The position numbers were made by a program, and so were the translations under genes. Shown one piece after another: positions 58,640 through 64,000 of a stretch of 64,000 nucleotides of DNA; position 1 is the first letter of the stretch; the number at the start of each line of letters is the position of its first letter. Below the pieces are notes generated by a model that was not told the origin of the DNA, did not search any database, and saw only the letters and a list, made by a program, of their open reading frames with translations. The stretch comes from Candidatus Latescibacterota bacterium (GTDB taxonomy: Bacteria > Latescibacterota > UBA2968 > GCA-2709665), in assembly GCA_963667175.2 (NCBI GenBank), contig CAXXXF010000011.1, positions 1-64,000 on the forward strand. Reading direction: 5' to 3'.

Positions 58640-59293
58640 TTACGGGACGGACACTTCCGCTGTTCGCACCCCCGACCCGTTCGTCTGAAGACGCCTGAAG
58701 ACGTGCCCATACGCCAGGAACGTCACTGGCACGGTCAGGAACAGGCCCACCAGCAGGCAGAGCGCGCCACCGACGTTGATCAGCACCGCGAGCAGACCGA
58801 AAAGAAACAGGCGCCACCTTTCGCCCCGGGTGGTTTCGGCGCTGCGGCGCAGGGCCAAAACGGCGCCCGTGCCTTCGTCTACGACGTGAAAGGCGTAGAA
58901 CTGAAACAGCACCATTAGGAAAATCCCGGGCACGATAAGCAGAACCAGGCCGACAAATACCATCAGAACGGCGAAGAGGGATGCGATAAAATACGCCGGC
59001 GCAAGCGGATAGTGAATGAAAAGATCCGCGACCCGCGCCTTCCGACCGTCGACAAAACGCAGAGAAATGACGGTCAACCCGACGTCCATAATGATTCCCG
59101 CAATCAATGCAATGATCCCGATAAAAAAGGCCCAGCCCTCTGAGTACGCGTTCACCTTGAAGACGATGCCGTTCAGGATCAGCGTGATCGCCGCGTACAG
59201 CAGCCCGAGCCCGACAAAAAACGCGAGGTTGTCCAATGTTGTCCGCCAACCGTACCGCAGCGCGCCGGCAATGGAAAACCTATGCGCGTTCAT
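58640..59293 (-). CDS. Integral membrane protein (DUF975-like)
   Basis: G.VLLIVPGI, ALRRS..T.G..W.LF, G.L.LLVGL..T.P. Confidence 0.75.
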   Translation of the reverse strand: MNAHRFSIAGALRYGWRTTLDNLAFFVGLGLLYAAITLILNGIVFKVNAYSEGWAFFIGIIALIAGIIMDVGLTVISLRFVDGRKARVADLFIHYPLAPAYFIASLFAVLMVFVGLVLLIVPGIFLMVLFQFYAFHVVDEGTGAVLALRRSAETTRGERWRLFLFGLLAVLINVGGALCLLVGLFLTVPVTFLAYGHVFRRLQTNGSGVRTAEVSVP

Positions 59294-60470
59294 AATCGGC
59301 TTCCGTTTCGCAGAAGAGAGAATCCCTGGACGGCTGTGTCCCCGTGTCCGACAGCATGCGCGCCTTGGTCCTGCACTCCTCGTACTCGCCCCCGGCACTG
59401 GAATCGTGGGTCACGCCGCTTCCCACGCCGAATTCCGCGAGGCCATTCTCCCGATCGACGGTCACAGTCCGTATGGCGACGTTGAACTGCGCCTCGGGGC
59501 CCGGAGATATATATCCGATACTGCCTGTATAGGCTCCGCGAGGGGAGTCCTCCAATTCCGAGATAATCTCCATGGTCCGCACCTTCGGCGCGCCTGTGAC
59601 GGACCCGCAGGGAAAGGCCGCCCACAGGAGATCCGGGACGCCCATGCCGGAACGGAGACGGGATTGCACGGTAGACGTCATCTGCAGGACCGTTTCATAT
59701 CGCTCCACCTCCCACAACGTCGGTGTCCGGACACTGCCGGTTTCAGATACCCGCCCCAGATCATTGCGCAGCATGTCCACAATCATCACGTTCTCCGCGC
59801 GATCTTTCGGCGACCACTTCAAGTCGTCGAACAAGAGCCGGTCCTCTTCCGGCCACCGGCCGCGACGCCGTGTCCCCTTCATTGGACGAGCCGTGAGTTC
59901 ACCTGATTTCAAGCGGAAGAACAGCTCGGGAGACGCGGACAGAACCTGAAACCGCCCGGAGTCCACGTAAGCCGAATACGCCGTCGGCTGCGACCGGCAC
60001 AGGTCTGTATAGAAGGCGGCGGCGTCCCCTTCAAAATCAGCCCGCATCCGATAGGTGAAATTGACCTGGTACGTATCGCCCGCGGCGATGTAAGCGCGAA
60101 TCCCGGCCACCACGTCTTCGTACTCATCCCTGCCGATGGACGAGCGCCACGCCGAATGCGAATATGCGCGATGGGAGCAAAAACGGCCAACCGTGGCCGG
60201 CGTCCGCTGCTCAAACAACCCGAACCAGACCAGGGGCAATGCGCCGGGCGGACGGGTCTTCAGCGCGGGATCCAATCCGGAGGCTGCTTCGTACGCGATG
60301 AATCCCGCGGCGTGCAGACCGCGGGATACGGCGCGTTCCACTTCCGTCAGCGCCGCGTGCACGTCCGCCGGACAGCGGGCGACGACCTGATCGACGCATC
60401 CGGAAAACGTGTATGAAGCGCCATCCTGATCGGAACGATTGCATTCAAGCACTACAACAGGTTCATTCAT
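59280..60470 (-). CDS. pabB: Aminodeoxychorismate synthase component I
   Basis: GDTYQVN, SPELF, PMKGT, AENVMIVD..RNDL, FPCGSVTGAPK, NVAIRT. Confidence 0.92.
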   Translation of the reverse strand: MNEPVVVLECNRSDQDGASYTFSGCVDQVVARCPADVHAALTEVERAVSRGLHAAGFIAYEAASGLDPALKTRPPGALPLVWFGLFEQRTPATVGRFCSHRAYSHSAWRSSIGRDEYEDVVAGIRAYIAAGDTYQVNFTYRMRADFEGDAAAFYTDLCRSQPTAYSAYVDSGRFQVLSASPELFFRLKSGELTARPMKGTRRRGRWPEEDRLLFDDLKWSPKDRAENVMIVDMLRNDLGRVSETGSVRTPTLWEVERYETVLQMTSTVQSRLRSGMGVPDLLWAAFPCGSVTGAPKVRTMEIISELEDSPRGAYTGSIGYISPGPEAQFNVAIRTVTVDRENGLAEFGVGSGVTHDSSAGGEYEECRTKARMLSDTGTQPSRDSLFCETEADYERA

Positions 60471-60674
60471 ATGACCCGGAGTCCTGTCCCAAAACTACCT
60501 CACCATTCGGCCGCCGGATTCAGGCAGCTTGTCTCCGGGACAGAACCAGCCGATCCGGCGCAAATGACGCGGCGTCGATCCCCGGATATCGACCGTCGTC
60601 GCCGATCATATTCCTGGAACCCCGGACGCCACCTCGCGCGAGGTCGCTGCAGTCCCTGATCCGGTGGCGAAGGT

Positions 60675-61478
60675 TCAGTTCTTCGCCCAGTTTCCGTACA
60701 CGTCCACTTCCACTCCCTCCACCCTCGGCCGAACGCCCTTTACGATAAAGCCGGGACGCCCCATGCCCTGCCCGCCTTCCTGCCGGTTGCGGGGGTCCCT
60801 GAATCCCAGCCGCACGAGGCGGCGCCAGTTGCCGCTGTGATTGACTGCCGACCCGTGAATGGTCCACAGGTAAAACAGGACCACGTCGCCGGCTTTTGCC
60901 GGGACCGATACGGCGTCCTGGAGCCGATACTGGTCCGTGGGAAGATGCGGGGCGGTGCCGGCGCCCGTAATATGCTGCAGCTTGCCGAGCCGGTGGGACC
61001 CCTTGAGGAACTTGATGCATCCGCTGGTTTCGTCGGCGTCGTCCAGGTGCACCAGGCAATCCGCGTACCGGCCGTCTTCGTGTGGAAAGAACGGCAAGTC
61101 CTGGTGCATCGGAAACGGCGCCCCCTTGTCCGGCGGCTTCGCGTGCAGCGTGACATGGTGCAATTCAACGGCATCCGATCCCAGGAGATCGCCGACCGAG
61201 GCGCCCAATTCCCGCTTCGTGATGGCACGGGACCAGGCCGCGGAATAATGCTGCAACTCGTGGATGGCCACCAGCGTTGCCACCGCGTCCTCCTCTTCGT
61301 CCATATACTCTTTCCGCCAGGGCCCTTTCCAGGCGGAGTCCCAGTTTGCGAACACCTCCATGACGTATTCCAGTTCATCGCCCATCTCGCGGACTTCCTG
61401 CGGGGAGAACATGCCTTCGAGACGGATGTATCCGTTTTCACGAAAAAAAGCGACCTGCGCTTCGCTCAGCGATTCCAT
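60675..61478 (-). CDS. Phytanoyl-CoA dioxygenase (PhyH) family protein
   Basis: FFRENGY, HQD, GC..F.KGSH, AGDV..F...T.HGS..N.S..R. Confidence 0.9.
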   Translation of the reverse strand: MESLSEAQVAFFRENGYIRLEGMFSPQEVREMGDELEYVMEVFANWDSAWKGPWRKEYMDEEEDAVATLVAIHELQHYSAAWSRAITKRELGASVGDLLGSDAVELHHVTLHAKPPDKGAPFPMHQDLPFFPHEDGRYADCLVHLDDADETSGCIKFLKGSHRLGKLQHITGAGTAPHLPTDQYRLQDAVSVPAKAGDVVLFYLWTIHGSAVNHSGNWRRLVRLGFRDPRNRQEGGQGMGRPGFIVKGVRPRVEGVEVDVYGNWAKN

Positions 61479-61514
61479 AACAGGAAGTCTCCCTTACGTT
61501 GTCGCGCGTCTCGT

Positions 61515-61895
61515 CTACCGGCCGCCGATGACGATGAGGAACGCGCTTTCTTCTAAGGCCTTTACAGCGTGGCGGAGGTTTGCCGTGAAGGAAGCTGCAG
61601 AACCCGATTCCAACGTCGCCTCCTCGGCTACGGACGATATCCGGATTCGTCCACTCAGAAGAACCACCGTGGCGGGGCCCGGGGCCCTGTGTTCGCGCAG
61701 TACCGCGCCCTCCTTCATAACGGTAAGGACCACGGTCATCTCATCCCCTCGAACCAGGGAAAGCGCGTTCCGACCGGATTCAGCGAAGGCGTCTTCCACC
61801 ATAAGCTGTTCGGCCATGGCGTGTAACGGAAAAGACTCGATCCACGTCTCGTTAACTCTCAAAGGTCGGTAGGGTCGCTCAAAAGCTCTAACCAT
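61515..61895 (-). CDS. Cupin domain protein
   Basis: EH.APG.A...L.G, H.V.ALE. Confidence 0.8.
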   Translation of the reverse strand: MVRAFERPYRPLRVNETWIESFPLHAMAEQLMVEDAFAESGRNALSLVRGDEMTVVLTVMKEGAVLREHRAPGPATVVLLSGRIRISSVAEEATLESGSAASFTANLRHAVKALEESAFLIVIGGR

Positions 61896-61971
61896 TCCGT
61901 GAACTCCTCATTGAGGCCACAGGGTTCAGGATCGGACTCTCATGAGTCCTCATCCCGGTATGAATGGCGGA

Positions 61972-63471
61972 TCAGGACCCGGGTACCGGATTCTCGTGAA
62001 ACCAGGCTTTCAGGATCGGATACAGTTCGCGGTACCGGTGAAACTGATTCTCGTAATCGGCCGCGCGCTTCGCACTGCTCCGAACGGATTCGCCCAACTT
62101 TACAGAGCGTTCGCAGGCCGTTTCAAAACCCGGAAACACACCCACGCCCACGCCGGCGATCACCGCCGCGCCGAGCGCCGACGCCTCCCGCACCTCCAGC
62201 ACCCGCGCGTCCCGTCCGAACACGTCGGCCTGGATCTGGCGCCACAGCGCGGACCTCGCGCCGCCCTCGCCGATTCGCAGGTCCTCGATGGGCAGCCCGA
62301 TGTCCTCGAAACACGCCAGAGAGCGCTTCAGGTCGAATGCAACGCCCTCCATCAGCGAGCGCGCCAGGTGCGCCTTCGTGTGACGAAGCGTCAGCCCGAT
62401 CCATCCGCCCCGTGCCCGCGCGTCGGGATGGGGTGTTGCCGACCCCTCCAGCCAGGGAAGAAAGAAGAGCCCTTCGCACCCCGCGGGGGCGTCCTCCGCC
62501 TGGCGCGTCAGCGCGGTGACTTCATCGCCCAACTGTTCGCTCAACCAGGCCAGACTCGCGCCACACGTGTACGAACACCCCAGCCAGAAGAAGGCGCCGG
62601 GGACCGAATGACACATCGGCCAGAGCCTGTTGAAGGCGGCGGGGTCCAATTTCTCCGCGAACGCGAGCGCGTGCCCCGCCGTACCGATGCCCACGTTGAC
62701 GACCCCGGGCCGGATGACCCCGCTGCCCACGGCGAGGCACGAAACGTCGCCGCCGCCCGCACAAACGGGCGTTTTTGCGGCAAGTCCCATTTCCCGTGAG
62801 GCCCGGCCGGTCAGCGCGCCGATCACCTCGGTAGACTCCGATACGTCGGGAAACAGGCTGCGGCGCACTTCCAGTGCGTCCAGAATCTCGCCGCTCCAAT
62901 CCCTCGCCCGAAGGTCCGCGGCCGCGGTGACGGACGCGTCCGACACGTCTGAGCCGAACGTTCCAGTCATCCGGAACCGCACCCAGTCCTTCGGAATCAG
63001 CACGTACCGCGCGTCCCGGTAGACGTCCGGCTCGCGAGCCCGCACCCATAACACCTTGGCCAGCGTGTTGATCGGACTCATCACGTGCAGGGCCCGGGAC
63101 CGCAGCAGACCGCCCGCGCGCGCGTTCGCCGCATCGCACTCGGCCTGCGACCGCCTGTCGAGCCACAGGATGGGCGCTCTGAGTGGATTGCCGGCGCCAT
63201 CCACAAACACGGCGCCGTTCATATGCCCGGACAGTGATACGCACCGGACATCGTTCACGGACCGCCCCTGCCTCCGGAGTTCGACCGCCACCGCGCGGGT
63301 TGTTCTGCAGATCGCCTCCCACCAGTCATCCGCGTTCTGTTCCACCCAGCCGGGCTGCGGCGTCTGCATGGCATAGCTTGCGCCGGCTGAGCCAATTACG
63401 GCGCCGCTTTCATCCAGAACAACCGTCTTGGCGCTGGACGTCCCCAGGTCAATTCCGATTACCAGTGGCAT
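61972..63471 (-). CDS. xylB: Xylulokinase / FGGY carbohydrate kinase
   Basis: GIDLGTSS.K, GHMNG, PKD, SDAS, GGGD, GGARS..W.QI.AD. Confidence 0.85.
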   Translation of the reverse strand: MPLVIGIDLGTSSAKTVVLDESGAVIGSAGASYAMQTPQPGWVEQNADDWWEAICRTTRAVAVELRRQGRSVNDVRCVSLSGHMNGAVFVDGAGNPLRAPILWLDRRSQAECDAANARAGGLLRSRALHVMSPINTLAKVLWVRAREPDVYRDARYVLIPKDWVRFRMTGTFGSDVSDASVTAAADLRARDWSGEILDALEVRRSLFPDVSESTEVIGALTGRASREMGLAAKTPVCAGGGDVSCLAVGSGVIRPGVVNVGIGTAGHALAFAEKLDPAAFNRLWPMCHSVPGAFFWLGCSYTCGASLAWLSEQLGDEVTALTRQAEDAPAGCEGLFFLPWLEGSATPHPDARARGGWIGLTLRHTKAHLARSLMEGVAFDLKRSLACFEDIGLPIEDLRIGEGGARSALWRQIQADVFGRDARVLEVREASALGAAVIAGVGVGVFPGFETACERSVKLGESVRSSAKRAADYENQFHRYRELYPILKAWFHENPVPGS

Positions 63472-63509
63472 AGATCAGACCGTGCAATGCGTGCGACGTG
63501 CCTGCCGCG

Positions 63510-64000
63510 TTACGCGCCCGCCAGGAAACGCCGCGGGTTGTCTACCAGCAGATCCCTGATGGCGCCGTCGGACACGCCTTGGTCCCTTAGCCGGGGCACG
63601 AAACGGGTCAGCACATAGTCCAGACCCGGACCGCCTCCGTAGCTTCGCCAGTAACTGGGCCGGCCCAGGTCGTTGCCCAGCAGAATACGACCGCCCAACC
63701 CGGCATCGATCATCCGCTTGAGAACGGAAATGCGCATTTCATCGGGGCCGTACTTCACTTTACCGGGGCAGTCGTAACCCAGATAGGCGCCGGTCTCCGC
63801 AATGCGCCGGTGCTCCCAGAAATCCGGATTCCTGTCCATATGACTCAGGCATACCCGGGCCGGAGGCACACCCAGCGCGTCCAGGAGCGCCACCTGATCG
63901 TACCCCATCGTTCCCGCCTCCGTGTGCGTCATCACCGGCACGCCGGTTTCCGCGTGCGCCTTCGCCGCGATGCGCATCAGCTTCCGGTCGGCCTCCTGAA
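63510..64000 (-). CDS. Phosphotriesterase-related protein (5' end outside window)
   Basis: AHAETGVP..TH, SHMD, ILLGND metal-binding motifs. Confidence 0.88.
   Translation of the reverse strand, partial: QEADRKLMRIAAKAHAETGVPVMTHTEAGTMGYDQVALLDALGVPPARVCLSHMDRNPDFWEHRRIAETGAYLGYDCPGKVKYGPDEMRISVLKRMIDAGLGGRILLGNDLGRPSYWRSYGGGPGLDYVLTRFVPRLRDQGVSDGAIRDLLVDNPRRFLAGA

Overview
High-GC bacterial chromosome segment. DUF4837, ComEA-like, DUF6785-type, PhyH and ankyrin genes suggest an FCB-group or Latescibacterota/Gemmatimonadota-like organism, possibly host-associated (inference). It carries a CusCBA-type heavy-metal efflux operon with ferritin, tRNA-Cys and tRNA-Leu, and assorted metabolic genes. 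A visibly lower-GC defence island spans ~24.4-43.5 kb: PLD-SNF2 helicase, AIPR, Eco57I-like methyltransferase with a split specificity ORF, GNAT-PIN-ASCH + ASCH, AAA-ATPase + PD-(D/E)xK partner, AbrB/VapC remnant and Fic. The most striking observation is a ~1.7 kb insertion element that precisely interrupts the helicase at a duplicated CTAAGG. It has no terminal inverted repeats but has a palindrome or hairpin at each end, and encodes a protein with Rep_trans-like (rolling-circle initiator) motifs plus a C-terminal wHTH. Two short non-coding relatives with the same ends lie at ~43.2 and ~53.5 kb, and small CTGCCTG..CAGGCAG hairpins are nested in one of them and in a neighbouring repeat. All product calls are from motif recognition only; no database searches were run.
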